A stretch of 64,000 bases of DNA. It comes from Glaucostegus cemiculus. Taxonomy: Eukaryota. A program made the translations under genes and the position numbers. The first letter of the stretch is position 1, and every line of letters begins with the position of its first letter. The DNA is taken from positions 1,550,001-1,614,000 of the forward strand of contig CDPCPM010000160.1 of assembly GCA_976551045.1 (NCBI GenBank), written 5' to 3'. Below are positions 13,070 through 26,690 of the stretch, one piece after another. The notes under the pieces are model-generated. The model searched no databases. It worked only from the letters and a program-made list of their open reading frames with translations, and had not been told where the DNA came from.

Positions 13070-15480
13070 CATACAACAGAGAACAGTATAGCACATGAAC
13101 TGGCGGAACCAATTAAACTAATCTTTAAAAGTCCAAATAAATTGGGCCCTTCCTGCTTGCACAATGTCCATATCCCTCAATTCTCTGCACATCCATATGC
13201 CTGTCTAAGATCATCTTAAACGTCTCTGTCGTATCTGCCTCCACTGCCGCCTCTGGCAGCGCATTGCAGGCACACACTCCACCGTCCGCCACCAACTCTC
13301 TCTGCGTAAAATCGTACCCCGCATATCTCATTTGAACTTACACCCTCACCTGAAATACGTGCCCTCTAGAATTAGATATTCCAACCCTGGGGAATATGAT
13401 ACCAGCTGTCTCAATGACTATTCCTCTCATAATGTTGTAAACCTCCATCAGGTCTCCCCTCAGCCTGCGCCGCTCCAGAGGAAACAACCCAAATTTGTCC
13501 AACATCTCCTTATATAATCTAATCCAAGAAGTGTCCTGATGAACCTCTTCTGCACCCTCTCAAAAGTCTTCATATCCTTCCCGTAATGGGGCGATCAGAG
13601 TTGAATGCAATACTCCATTTGCGGCCTAAACAGAGTTTAATAAAATGCAACATAGCTCTCTGACCCTTGAACACAGCGCCTCGTCTAAGAAAGGCAATTA
13701 TGCCGTACGTCTTCTTTATGACCAGATGAACATGCGTAGACATTGTCAGGAAGCTTTGCACTTGGATTCCAAGGTCCCTCAGTTAATAGCACTACCATTC
13801 ACTGCGAATTGCCCTTTTACATTTTATCTTCCAAAGTCCAGCACCTCACCATTGGCCGAATTTCACTGAATCTACAATTTCTCCGCCCAGATCTACAATT
13901 GATCTTTATCCCACTGTATCCTTTGGCAACATTCTGCGCTATCCACAATGTCACCAATGTTATTGTATCACTGTGAATTTCCTAATCCATCTATCCAGGA
14001 TTTAATCCAAGATATATCATCTGTGAAGGACAGCAGCGGTCACGGAACTCCATACAGAATCAGTCCCATATACCACTGCCTGCTGTCTTATCTGTGCAAG
14101 TCAATTCTGAATCCAAACGGCCAAGTCAACGAGGATCCCACGCATCTCAATATTCTGGATAAGCCGATCATGTGAGACAATGACAAACGCCTCACTAAAA
14201 TCCATATAGACAACATCAACAGCCCTAGCCTCATCAATCACTTTCGTCCCATACTCAGAAAACACAAATTAGTAAGACCCGACTTGACCGGCTCAAAACC
14301 ATGCTGACTATCCCGAATTAGGCCATGGTTTTCCAAATTCTCATAGATCCTGTCCTTAAGAATCCTCTCCAACAACTGCCCTGCCGGTGACGTGAGACTC
14401 ACCGGTCTGTAATTACCAGGATTTTCCATCGTTCCCTGCTAAAAACAATCGGAAAACATTATCTACTTGCCAGTCCTCCGGGACCTTGCCTGTAGCAGGA
14501 AAGGACACGAAGATCTTGGACAAGAGTCACGCAATATCATCTCTTGACTCTCTCAATAAACTGGGGTATGAACCATCAGGTGTTGTGGACACCCACCTTA
14601 ATTTGCTTCAAGCAACCCAACATTAACTCCTCCTTAATCTCAATATTCCGTCACATATTAGCGCGCTCCACACTGATATCACTATCATCCACGTCCTCCT
14701 CCTTGCTAAATACCGAAGCAAAGTACTCACTTACCACTGTGATGCTGTTCCTCATTAATAGTGCCCCCCACACAGGCACACACACAATTCTTTTAGTCTC
14801 TGCAATGGCCACATCATCATACTTCCATGTATTGATCCATGCTCCATTTTAAGCACCTTTACCCCTTACACTCCAAGCCTTAAAATAAGCACACTTCATT
14901 CCGTCCGTATCATCTTGTCTATTGCCATGATCCTGCATGTCCTTCTTAACAGAGTTACTGGTTGTGACACTTTCCTCTCAGTCCACCACTTTCTTACCTG
15001 CTACTATGATTTCCATCGCCCCGCCAAACAAGTTTAAATACAACCACGTAGCACTTCAGAACCTCCCGGCCAGTATATTGGTTCCCCTCCAGTCAATGTG
15101 CAACGCATTCCACTTCTGCAGGTTGCCCCTGCCAAAGGTAAGTTTCCAATGACCCAAAAACCTGAAACCCTTCCCGCTGCATCTTCATCCACACACACAT
15201 CTGGTCTATCTTTCAATACCTGCCCTGAGTAGCAGGTGACAGCTCGAGTAATCCAGAGATCACTGCCTTCGAGGGTCTGCTCTTCACCTTCTTTAGCAAC
15301 TCTATACACACTCTAAGCAGGACCTCTTCCCTCTTTCTTACGACTTCAATGATGTCAATGTGCAACATGACATCAGGCTGCTCACTCTCTTGCTTGAGAA
15401 TGTACTAGAGCGCTCAAGGGACATCCTTCATCCTGGCACCTGGGAGGCGTTCCTTTTCAAGCCACAAAATCTCTTGTCCG
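13070..15480 (-). mobile_element. degenerate CR1-type LINE
   Basis: ORF 14238-14429 NPGNYRPVSLTS...LERILKDRI...GLIRDSQHGF is a typical CR1 RT segment; ORF1-like remnants near 15050-15450; 3' tail near 13070. Confidence 0.85.
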
Positions 15481-16053
15481 TCAACTATCACAATTGGACT
15501 TCACCCTCCCGCTGAGCCTCAGAGCCGGCCACAGCACCACTGACCTGGCTGCTGTGGAACGCGGAAAAGATGGACTTTCACGTCGGAGAGTTGAAAATCG
15601 ACATGGGGGAGTGTCAGCGAAATGGCGTTCAGCATTCCACATGAAGAAAGAAGTGCAGATCAGTTCAATTCAGGCAAGGGTCACTTGGCAATGAGAATGA
15701 TGATGGAAAATCACAGGTCAGCCCAGAGGAGAATTGCTAACGCACACGTGATTGATCCAAACCCATCAGCATAACATTTTCTTACCGGCAATGAAACAAA
15801 GTACAATGTAAGTATCGATGTTGTTCAACCAATTAAAGTTGTTATCTCACACAACAAACAAACACATATTGGATATCGTCACAGGAATTTGCGTTGCAAG
15901 CCAAACAGCGTATACTAATAACTCGAGGATACTTTACTCAGCACTAGGCTAGACCATACCAGATAGTGTATCAACAAAAACGATATCTCTGTTCTTTGTT
16001 CTGTTCTGTTGCTGAACTCTGACTCATCATCCAGCTCTCGATATATCAGATAC

Positions 16054-16316
16054 CTAATACGAGAAAGTCTCGCGTTGTTAAACTTGATCGTTCGGTTACA
16101 TTGTTAAATGCCTCACAAGTGTAACTGCCGGTGTCATTCATGGATAAGTCAACAAGGTCCAGGCATTGTCCACTTGTTTGAAGAGCTGACCATTGAAGTA
16201 CCACTGAAATGCAGGAGCGGGGTTGGAAACAGCTAAACACGAAAAAAATACATTTGACCCGGTACCGTGCGCGGCAAGATCTGGGCTGACGGATATGGTT
16301 AAATTTTCAGGTCCAT
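16054..16316 (-). pseudogene. gene A IgC-like B-type exon with 1-nt deletion
   Basis: 263 nt versus 264 nt in paralog 43007-43270. Reads AAT GGT -CA GCT versus AAT GGT TCA TCT near 16189; premature TGA at 16138-16140. Confidence 0.88.
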
Positions 16317-17399
16317 CTAAAACAAATGCACAGTCCGTTTACAGAATGTCACCCAGGATTCTAAACCATATTTCTGTCCCGTCACCAGGCAACTACATCC
16401 ATCTCAATACAGAGAAGCCACTGGAAAACTCAGGCTACCCATTCCCAAATGATCACACCTCAGAACAGAATAAATGGGTATGGAAGCAGCTACATTCAGC
16501 AGACGATAGCCATTTGCACAAACTGCGATGCAATCTGCTCTGCCAGACAAGGTTAGAATTGTCTGGATATCATGCTTGCTGTGAAATCAGCAAGTTCTGG
16601 AGGACAGTGGCCGGTACAACCTTTATCCTGAGGGGGAAGCTGTCGTCATGGTGAAAGTTCACCTGGCAGAGAGGGGGATGTTTCTGCTCGGAAGGAAGGT
16701 GGGGCAACGTTTGCTTTTGCTGCAATCTCCCGACTCTCCAGTGAGGATTACAAACGACTCTTGTGAGTAGAGCATAAAATGGAAAATAGTGAGTTGTGAT
16801 TTCCCTTCTTTTATTCCTGCACCATTCCTGGATTGCTCCCGACCTAACAAAGTAAATGAATTGACCACATAGCCTGCTTTGCATTTAATTAATTTGTGTT
16901 TTGCAACATTGTTTGCAAAATTTTGTCTCTCAACGTCTATAATTCATTCCAAAATCAGTAAGGCCCAACATCAACAACTATGAAACTGCAGGAGAACATT
17001 GAAACCTGTCTAGCTCATTCATAACCTCCAGGAAAACAAGTCAACTGCAGGACCCAATCTGTATCCCTCCGTGACCACAACCGCCCCTCACCTCCAATGT
17101 GGTTTACTGGAACTCTCTTCTGAATCTAGGCTGATTGCACAAGATAATGTTTTCGTCTTCATTTCTCCAGAGGAATCCGACATCACTGCTCGGGCCATCA
17201 TTTCTTGTTCATCCTTAAGTTCTCTGAATCAAATGTCAGCAAAAAGCCACCAACATTGATGAGCCTGAAGCTGTGCTGAGAACAGACATGTTAAGGAGGG
17301 CAAATTTCCTTCCCCGAGGACAATAGTGAACCCAATGTTTGTAACCACTTTCCTGCAAATGCCTGACCTCCACTATGGCCACTGTATGTTATTCCTGTC

Positions 17400-17630
17400 A
17401 CGTCTGTGTGCAGTTAGCAAGTTTTGGATTTGCCCGGGTACTCCTGTTTCCTCCCACATTCAAAAAACGTTCATGTTGATTGATGAACTGGTCAGTGCGA
17501 ATTGTGCACAGTGTGTATCTGAGTGAAGAATCTTGGGATTATACCACTCAGATACGCACTCAGAAAATTGTTGATCGGAATGTGAGGAGAATTAAAAGAT
17601 GGGATTAATGTAGGGTTTGTGTAATGAAAT
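17400..17630 (+). mobile_element. degenerate V-SINE/HE1-like SINE fragment
   Basis: cccgggtactcctgtttcctcccacattcaaaaaacgt core, similar to the 26400 copy. Confidence 0.5.
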
Positions 17631-18190
17631 AAATAAAAGAACGTTCAGGGAAATTCATCAAAATTAATTGAAAACATTGAATATAATTTCGAAACAAGTG
17701 ACTTTGCCATTAAATCAGGATCCAAGGACCTGCATCTGGCGATACTATTTTGGCGCCTTACTTTGAATAGTGAACTTGACAATTGCATTTGATTTGTTTT
17801 AATTTGGGGGTGACACGTTCCTTGGAGTATGGCTTGTCCTCTGGTTGTCTGCCATGTTGAAGGTGGGTTTGAGGGCTGAATTGGAGATTGTTTCCATACC
17901 AATTTACGCACAGATATACTGGAGCAGCCAAAGGTAACTCACAGATATTAATCAAACGGAAAAACGTTCACCTGGACGGGGATCCATGGCCGTGAGGATG
18001 GATTTGATCAATACAGATATTAACATGGCTTGAAAAGGAGAAAACAGAATTTTATCCGTCTCCTCATCGGCCGATTGGTCAAAATATTTTCAGTCGAACC
18101 TCATGCCAGTGAAACCCAATACAATCGCGGAGATATGTTACAATATTTCACACACTGTTAGATCACACAGGCCACCACAGTGGCACTTAC

Positions 18191-18466
18191 AGCGAACGTT
18201 TAGTAGAAATGGATCGCTGGTGTTCGTATTCACCAAGTTGTACGCATCGCAGTTAAATTCCTCGTCCGATCTCAGCACCCCAGAGACAGTCAAGGTGCTG
18301 TTGTTGGAACTTAGGGTTATCCTACCGCCAGCGCTAACCGTCTTGTTGTTCTTAAACCACAGATACGAAACATCCGTTCCTTTTGCTTGGCACGTCAAAC
18401 TAACTGTGTCATTGTATTCTCCGGATTTGGTATCATTGGATGTGATAACGGGCTTAGAAGCAGGTT
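18191..18466 (-). CDS. gene A IgC-like A-type exon (EPASKPVITSNDT...)
   Basis: 276 nt, intact; about 86% aa identity (hand count) to 40932-41207. Confidence 0.93.
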
Positions 18467-21400
18467 CTGATAAAACAAAGTAGATCATGAAATACTTGTC
18501 ACATATTGCGCAGGACGTATCCCCAAAAGATACACAGTATGTCACATGAAGCAACATATTGCTTATTCTGCAAATCATAGATGAAAACAGATATGTTGTA
18601 AATGCTCAATAGACCTGTCAGCGGCGGTGGGGAAGGAATTCTGGTTTAACATTCAGGTGGTCAATTAAGAACTGAACAGTGACGACCACTTGGAGAAACA
18701 TTGCACTTTCATAAACTTGGTGTGAAATAAAGCAAAGTTGCTTATTGCCGTATGCTTGAAAACAATGATAATTCACCATTAAAATAAGCGAGACGCAGGT
18801 GTGAGCAGACCAGAAAAGGGGCTCTGAAACACAATTACGTTACACCTTCAGTTAATAATATCGCAGACAAAACTAAAGTTCGCCACAGGGACGGCAGGAC
18901 TGCTCACCATCCTCGATACATTGCGCATTCTAATCATCATTATTGTAGTCATGGTACAGTATTCTGCTTTGCTCTCAGCTTTGAATATATAATCCCCAGC
19001 AGAATATGACAGTTTCTACAGTTCACAATACTCAGGAAAGTAATCGCAGACATACAAACAAACCTGAGACCCACAGAGTCCGTGTCAATCAAACCATCCA
19101 ACATGAAGCCTCCTGGCCAGATTCATAATTTGCATTGTTTTCATTGTACATGTTGGTGCAATTGGACGATTGAATAGGAACAAGTAATGTTGTGGGTAAT
19201 TCCATGGAGATCATGACTTAATACTTGGTGTTAAATGTCCTCAGCCATTTCTAACAATCAGTGAGCGAGGGAGTAAATGATCCGTCAATGATTGAGAAAA
19301 CTAAAGAAGCATAATTCTGGATCATGGCGCCATCTATCAACTTTCCAGGGTGGAATAAAACCCACATTGCTTTCACATGTTCGGTTTAAAATGTAACCAA
19401 GATGCCATGCATAGTTTGGAAAGTTTGCAATCTCAATCGGAAAACAAATAACCTGAATGACTTCACTTCCACTCCTGTCCTTGGTTTTGGAAATAATTAA
19501 TAAGTGTTGACTGCCTGTGGCTGTTACAGTCAGGCAATGTTTGGAATGTGAGATCACATTTTCCTCTTTCATTGGCAGATTACTATATCCGGCACACGCA
19601 TCATCTGTTTGGCCACAACACTCAAGGTACGTGATATATTTCATTCTCTTTCTCTCTTTACACTATCGTTCCTAATGCCCAGTGAGGGTATCTGTAAAGT
19701 TCTGGTGGTTCTCTGACCCCTTGCGGCCAGCAGCAGCACAAGAGCAATCATAATACATGAATCATTTAAACCCACATCCAGGCATTCCTGCGCACCTGGC
19801 GCGCCGATCATTTTGCAATCACAAAGCTGAGAAACTATTCGGGTGTAAGGACAAAGCAATGGAACGCAGGACATGTAACAACCTGTCTAATGGGAGGATA
19901 TTCTGGCCAGACCACGCACCAAGTTCCACTGCGTCATAACAGTCAGAGCCCCGACAGGAATCCATTCATCCAATCATCTCCGTTCCTGCTGACAAAGAAC
20001 TACTCAGTCTCGCCCCGTTTCACAGTTCACAAACCTACGGACCTGTGTCGGCCCCTGAGATTCAGCCTCATCACTGCGTGTAATATGCTCACATATTCGT
20101 CAAAAGTCCGTCTCCGTCGCAAGGTGTCGCAAGGTACCATAATGTGTAGGTCAGCGGTGGTTTCGGGGGGCGGGGAGTGGTGGGAATGTGGGGACAATAG
20201 AATTGGGTGAATGAAAATAGGTGCTTGGTGTTCAGCACAGACGAGCTAGGCCGAAGGGCCTGTTTCCGTGCTGCATGACTCCATGGCTCTAACCCCCGCC
20301 AAGCTCCTGCCTCAATCCATCCAGCTGAATTTTCTACGAATAGAACAAAATCTTTCAGTGAGCATTTGATTATTCTAACACAGCGGCCATTTCTGTGGGT
20401 CCGAAAGCAAGATTAACTTCCTTAATCTTACTTCACAGTGAAACTTCTGCAATTCCTCCCAATTCTTGTTTGCAACATCCAGTGTTGTCACGTCATTCCT
20501 GCTCCGTGAGGGCCAGAGCTGTACACTGTGTTCCTTCAGTACACTAACTGGTGAATTGCTCAGGTCTGGTGTGACTTTCCCGCTCACACATTCGATGTCA
20601 CAGCGTCATGGAGTTCTGCAGAAACAGGCCATGTTCTGGCCAAAATCTGAAAATCTCTAGTGTGCTTTCAGAACCAATTCCTCCACCTCCCCTCTGCCAT
20701 CTATGGACATGCCCTCCAGGTCCATTCGATCCCAGTTAACAGGAAACACGTAACAGAGATGAGATCTGGGTGAAACGGCCGAATCATGGCGAAAACAAAG
20801 AACTGGCTGACCGAGAAATTGCACCACACCGTTATTTCCAGCGAGAACCAACGTACGTATGACGTTGTTTATAAGTCGAATAAAGAGCTAGAGCATCAAC
20901 AGGCAGATTATCCGAACAGTGTAGTTGGGTTACACGATGCTACCGGGCTCAGACGGACACTGAGCGTCTCTGAACGGGATACCCCACGATACAATCAGGC
21001 GTCTGCACTAACGAGGAAATGTGGCCCTTGAGTGGATAGACGCTGAAGATACGGTGGTGTGTCGGTCCCAGGGGACTATGAACGGACTGATGACTGGCAG
21101 TGCCCAAGGGAGAGAACAGGGTAACATAAAACAGATGCTGCGAAACTAAATTACGAACAGAAAATGCAGGTAATACTCAGCAGATCAGGCAGCAAGGAGG
21201 GTTTACAGGTTTCTGATTATTCGTCAGAACCATAAAGTCAGATACAAGCCTCACGTCAAGAGACCAGGGGTGGAAACGACCAAAGTGTATGTCTGTGATA
21301 GGGCGGAGATCACGGTTGCCTGGGTGACACGAAGCTTTTGGTGCTTTCTTAGAGTGGAAGGTGAACGGTTGCTGATCTCTCTGGAGAAGGGTAATCGGAG

Positions 21401-21539
21401 GAAAGTATTTGAGAACAAAGGAGAGAGGGGCAAGAATAAATATTTCCCCATAGAAGACAGTGGTCCATTGGACTAACTCTCGCTGTATGTCGGTGACTAG
21501 CAGTGTTCTGCAGGGATCCGAACAGATCTTCTCTAAAAG

Positions 21540-22560
21540 ACGTACGGGTAGGTTAATTTGGGGGTTTAAAATGGGCGGAGCGGACTCGTTGGGCCGAAAG
21601 GGCCTGTTACCACGCTGTAAATAAAAAGTAAAAGAAAAGAAATAAAATTCTGCTGTTTGTGATATTTATAAATGACCTGGATGAAAATGTAGGTGGGTGG
21701 ATTAGTAAGTTTGCAGACGATACGAAGACTGGTGGTGCTGTTGTTAGCGTAGAAGACTACAAAGGATACCGAGGGATATGGATCAGATACGGGTGGAGAA
21801 ATGGAGATGGTATTTAACCTGCTTAAATGTGAAGTGTTGCGCTTTCGTAGATCAAACGTAGTTCCCTGTTTGTGGCAAGACACATAACAGTGTTGCTACG
21901 CAGATGGATCTTGTGGTCCAAGTCCATAGCTCCATGAATGTGGCTGCACAGGTTGATAATTTGGAAGAGAAAGCGAATTGCATGCCAGACTTTATTCGTC
22001 GAGTTATTGAGTTCAGGGGTTGGGAAATAATGCTGCAGGTTTGTAATACTCCAGCTGGTGCCGCATCTGCAGTGTTGCGTTCAATTCTGGTCGCCTCGTT
22101 AGAGGAAGAAAGTGGAGGCTTTGGAGAGGGTTTACCAGGGTGCTGTCTGGATTAGAGGGCATGTGCTATAGGGAGAGGTCGGACAGAACTGAATTGCTTT
22201 CTCTGCGGCGGAGGCTGAAATGAGATCTGATAGACAGTATATGTTTTCCAGGGTTGAAATATCTAGAGTGCATACATTTAAGGTGATGGGGAGTAAGGTC
22301 AAAGGACATGTGAGAGGCACATTTTCTACCCACCTCTGTGTTGAGTACCCTGAATGCTGCGCCAGCAGTGGTGGTGCAGGCAAATACGATAGAGGAGTTC
22401 AAGAGGCCCTTAGAAATACACATGAATGCACAGAAAACGGAGGGATATGGAAATTGTTGAGTTGGCCATGTGATTCAATCTGTTCGGTACAACATTGAGG
22501 GCCGATGCGCCTGTTCCTGTGCTGTACTGTTTGTATGTTCTACACTGGAACTGTAAGATA
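21540..22560 (+). mobile_element. SINE tail followed by a CR1-type LINE 3' fragment
   Basis: FINDLDEN...SKFADDTK-like RT segment near 21660-21730 and CR1 3' UTR with tail. Confidence 0.8.
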
Positions 22561-24312
22561 TAGGAGAAATTGTGGCGAGAATCTCTGAAATGAAAGGGAA
22601 TTCTGTAAGCAATTCTGTGGAGAGAGAGAGAAACTGGATTTCGCCTGAAATCGGAACTGACCTGTACTGCCACAAACAGGCAGGCTGTTTATCTGAAATT
22701 GTTGAATACGTTATTGATTCCCCGTGCGGAAGTAAAGGGTGAAGAAACCGTGACTGACTGTAACTGTACATACAACTGATGGAAAACTCCCTCGGAAGCA
22801 AGAGCCCAAAAGCTACTGACTCATGGTGAGGTGATAATTACTATACCCGGAACATTGGATATAGACCAGGTATGCTGGACAATAAAGGTGCTGGGTGCAA
22901 TAATCAATGAGTGAGAAGCTTGCTCTAAACAATGAGGGTGATACCTGTCTTTGAATCTCTTGATTATAAACCAATTATGTTGGACAATATGTACGATGTC
23001 TGTCTTTGGATCTCCGAGGCCTGACCGAAATTTGCGGCGCCGCATTCATTAAGTGTGCATGGCAATACCTGTATAAATTTCCGTCTGATCCTTTGTACGA
23101 AAGAGTCCCCGGGAAGCAATTCTCACGAGTGCTAAAGAGTCCTCTCCTCAGCGGTGTACTTCTAATACACGCGTTTTATTGAATCAACCTGGTGGCACTG
23201 TGTTACTTTGCCGCAGACAGAAGTGGGAACGAAATCGGGACGACACCCGGGGTCTGCAATGAGCAGAGGCGGCTAGTGAGGTTCCACGGAGGGATTGTAC
23301 TGTTTTGTTAGGTATTGGGTGTGATTGGCAAAGACTCTCAGGTCGGCCCGGGGGCGCTACTGCCACGGAGCTGTCAGGGAGAGCTCCCTAAAGCTCTGAG
23401 TGTCTTCTCTGATGCCTGTGTATTGGAGGAAGTCGGACAATCCCTAGTTCCAGACGAACCTACTTCTCCCTGTTCGAAGAGTAGTTCAAGTCAGCTGACC
23501 TTGAACGTGGGGTTCAGCTGCACTGGATAAACTAACGAAGTAATGAGAAGCAGACACGATGAGATATGGCAGAGATCAACTCAGGATCCCGCAATGATGC
23601 AGAGACCAGGACACGAGAGTGCTGGTGATCCGGACCTCCCGCGGAACAGCTTTGAAGACTCGTGTGCGATTGTGTGTTTCAGGGGTGAGTTGGTCACAGA
23701 CCTCAATGAGGGGCTAACTTTGAGATCGGGACCCTCAAATTGCACTGTTTCCATGGTACCGAGGCCATGAAAACCCGGAACCCATGAAAACCGAGTCTTT
23801 GTCAATTTTCAGCTCAATGAGATTGAAACACTCTCCTGGGACTAACATCGGCGATTCGCCTAAGGGACGTCATTTAGCCCACCGCTAAATTTCGCAGAAA
23901 TGTACCGGGTCTTCGGACCGAAATCACGTTGAAATGAGGGGAAGCAGGAGAGCGTAGGATCAAGTGTAACTGGCTGAGGTTCCCTGTTGTTCTCATTTTA
24001 GATATGGCGCAGTCACAGAGAACAGAGAGAGCAGCAGTAAGTGAAGAGGGATCGGCCGGGTTCTCACGGCGCGGGGTTCCGCACCCACAGGAACCCTCTC
24101 CCCGAATCCGACCGGCCGGCCGATACCTGTCCGGAAGGGACCCCAAACTGAATCGAATCCTATCCATTATATGTAATTTCTCGTTCGGAAGGAGTGCAAT
24201 CTCCAACAATTGAGTTGGGTAGAAAAGGTTAAATATATTCATTCACCACAGTAATAAAATGAAAATATAAGTCCGGAAATAAATGACTGAACAAGACCAA
24301 CGTCTCACTCAC

Positions 24313-24630
24313 CAAGGACCCGCAGAGTGATGGTCGCTGAAGCTAAAGAGCCGCTATTTGTAAACACGGTCACAAGATATTCCCCGCTGTCCGATGTGTT
24401 CACCGACTTCAGCAGGAGCGACGCGTTGGAGGTGAATACCTCAGCCCGTGATTGGTACCCACTACCATAGAGCACACTTCCACCGGTCCACTGGGCGACT
24501 GCTTTCCCATTGAAAAACCAGTTCCCACCGGTGATCTCGGCCGACGGCCGCACTGAAAAGAACGCATTTCCTCCGTCGGTCACATTGATCCGGCTCTGTT
24601 CTGCGTTGATGGGAAAAGCCTGAGACTCAC
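24313..24630 (-). CDS. gene A exon 2, Cys-free IgV-like N domain
   Basis: 318 nt, phase 1-1; motifs W..NG and R...NASLLL...DSGEY with no cysteines, as in CEACAM N domains. Confidence 0.93.
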
Positions 24631-24800
24631 CTGAGGAAGAGAAAATCGCGTGAGGGTAAAGCAAAAGAAGCGGATGGACTCCAGAATCTGCACTTAGCTC
24701 AAAAATTAGATCGTCTTTGGGAAGCTCATCTGCTTTTCCAAAACTACCCTCCGCTGTGGTGATTCCTTGTTAACTATCTCTCCGACAGAGTGACCCTCAC

Positions 24801-24852
24801 CCGCAGGTATGAAGAGACAAAGAGCGAGCGCGGTGAGCGGCAGCTCCGCCAT
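24801..24852 (-). CDS. gene A exon 1, signal peptide (MAELPLTALALCLFIPA)
   Basis: gggATGG start context; G|gtgagg donor; near-identical to 29912-29963. Confidence 0.92.
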
Positions 24853-24965
24853 CCCGAGAGAGTAGCGTCTGTGTCTGCCACACTCTGAGACTGAGCCGCG
24901 CTTCCTGGTCTCCGGGCCACATCACTGGAGTCAGTCGTCAGAAGCGGCACCGCTGATTGGACCGG
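24853..24965 (-). promoter_or_regulatory. TATA-less proximal promoter/5' UTR of gene A with CCAAT box (24956-24960) and ETS-like CAGGAAG
   Basis: Conserved with 29800-29911; similarity stops just upstream of the CCAAT box. Confidence 0.6.
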
Positions 24966-25119
24966 CTGCTGCCTGCCTGCAGCGTAGGCAGAGAAGGAAG
25001 TAAAGTAAAACTGAGAAGGACCACTCGGCCCCTCGTACATATTCCATCATGCTGTACCATCACATGTGACCTTTTGTCAGCACCACTTCCCTGCACTAAA
25101 CTCTAAAGGAGAGAAGGGG

Positions 25120-25750
25120 TATCAACTTCCTTTTCCAGGGTGGAAATGTCTGATGCCAGAGGGCACGGGTTTATAGAACATAGAATATAGAAAAGCTGCA
25201 GCACAATTCAGCCCCTTCGGCCCACAAAGCTGTGCTGAACATGTCCGTGCACTAGAAATTACTGGGCATTCCATAGACCTCTATTTTACTAAGCTCCATG
25301 TAACAGTCTCTTGAATGACCCTATCGTATTCGCCTTCACCACCGTTGCCTGCAGCCCATTCCACGCACTCACCACTCTCTGAGTAAAACATTTACCCCAC
25401 ATATCTCCTCTATATCTACTCCCAAGCACCTTAAACCTATGTCCTCTTGTGTCCACAATTTCAGCCCTGGGGAAAAGCCACTATCTACCCGATCAATACC
25501 TCTCTATGGTGAAAGGGGGGACGTTTGAAGGAGACGTAGGAGGCAAGTGAGTGGGTGGGTGTCTGGAACGCGCTACCGGCGGTGCAAGCATTTGGGCAGG
25601 CAACTGAGCATTCAGAGAATGGAGGGATATGGACCATCCGCATGCAGATGAGATTATTTTAAATTGACACCCTGCAAGCACAAACAAGGTGGGCTGAAGG
25701 GCCTGGTCCCGTGCTGTACTGTTCTATGTCCTGCATTCTACGTTCTATTT
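25120..25750. mobile_element. nested CR1 3' ends in opposite orientations
   Basis: atagaacatagaa tail with minus-strand CR1 3' UTR (about 25170-25505) interrupting a plus-strand CR1 3' end that finishes tgttctatgtcc. Confidence 0.6.
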
Positions 25751-26399
25751 TTTACCGCTTGATTCTTCACGGTCCAGACATCCTCTTCTTGATCTCTCAG
25801 AGACTGACTCACTGTAACCATCTTTGGATTGTTCTAAATATTCACCAGCATCTGGTTGGATGAACAATTTTATTCTCGTCTCCACACTCGTGCAGTCATA
25901 GATCTGAAACGACTTTTAATCTCACACACAAAAATAACTTATTTCAACTCTCTGTCGTTCTTGTTTGTTTTCAATAATAGTCAGCCCACGCGGGAATATT
26001 ACACATTCTAGTGCTCTAATTATGTGCAAAAACCCTGTGCAGGACCTTGTCAACTATGTTCTGTCGGAACAAATACATCGTATCATCTGGTTCGTCCTTA
26101 AATATTCTGCTGGTAACAATCTGGAAAAAATCAGATTTGTCAAGCATGCGTTCTGTCCCATGAATCTATTTTGACATTGACCTACTGTGGTATTATTTTC
26201 TCAGTGTCAATGAGAGACTCTTGCATCTCCCTAGACCTTGATGCCAGTCTAACCTCTCCCGATTTCTCTTTTTTGTTCTCTTCCTCCTTTCTGATATAGC
26301 AATGTTACCTTTCCTACTTTCCAATCTGTGGGGATTTTTCTGAACTCTGAGGAATTTAGGAAAAGGACAACCCATGTGTCCACTTCCTCCATTGTCATC

Positions 26400-26690
26400 G
26401 TGAGGCGGTTAGTGTAACGTTATTACAGCGCTAGCGACCCGGGTTCAATTCCAGCCGCTGAAGAGTTTGTACGTTCTCCCCGTGTCCACGTGGGTTTCCT
26501 CCGGGTGCTCCGGCTTCCTCCCCCATTCCAAAAGAAGTACATGTTAGCAGTTGAGGGCATACTATGTTGGCTCCGGAAGCGTGGCGACACTTGCGGCCTA
26601 CCCAGCACATTCTCAGCAACACGAACAGACGCATTTCATTACTTGTTTCGATGTACATGTGACTAATAAATAAATATCTTTTCTTATCTC
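26400..26690 (+). mobile_element. tRNA-derived V-SINE/HE1-like SINE
   Basis: Box B gggttcaattcc; central gttctccccgtgtccacgtgggtttcctccgggtgctccggcttcctccc; AT-rich tail. Confidence 0.8.

Larger units (their letters stand above)
938..24852 (-). pseudogene. CEACAM-like gene A (signal, N, 3 A/B IgC pairs, TM, ITAM tail); probable pseudogene or disrupted allele
   Basis: 13 exons colinear with gene B, with matching phases. 1-nt deletions in exons 16054-16316 and 10348-10607, acceptor AG>CG at 10608-10609, B-strand Cys>Ser at 7730-7732. Confidence 0.8.

Noticed and set aside
13070-15480. Active reverse transcriptase gene
   Set aside because: Fragmented by stops, frameshifts and deletions; a fossil CR1 element.
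26400-26470. tRNA gene
   Set aside because: The box B-like head runs into a SINE body and tail; there is no complete cloverleaf.
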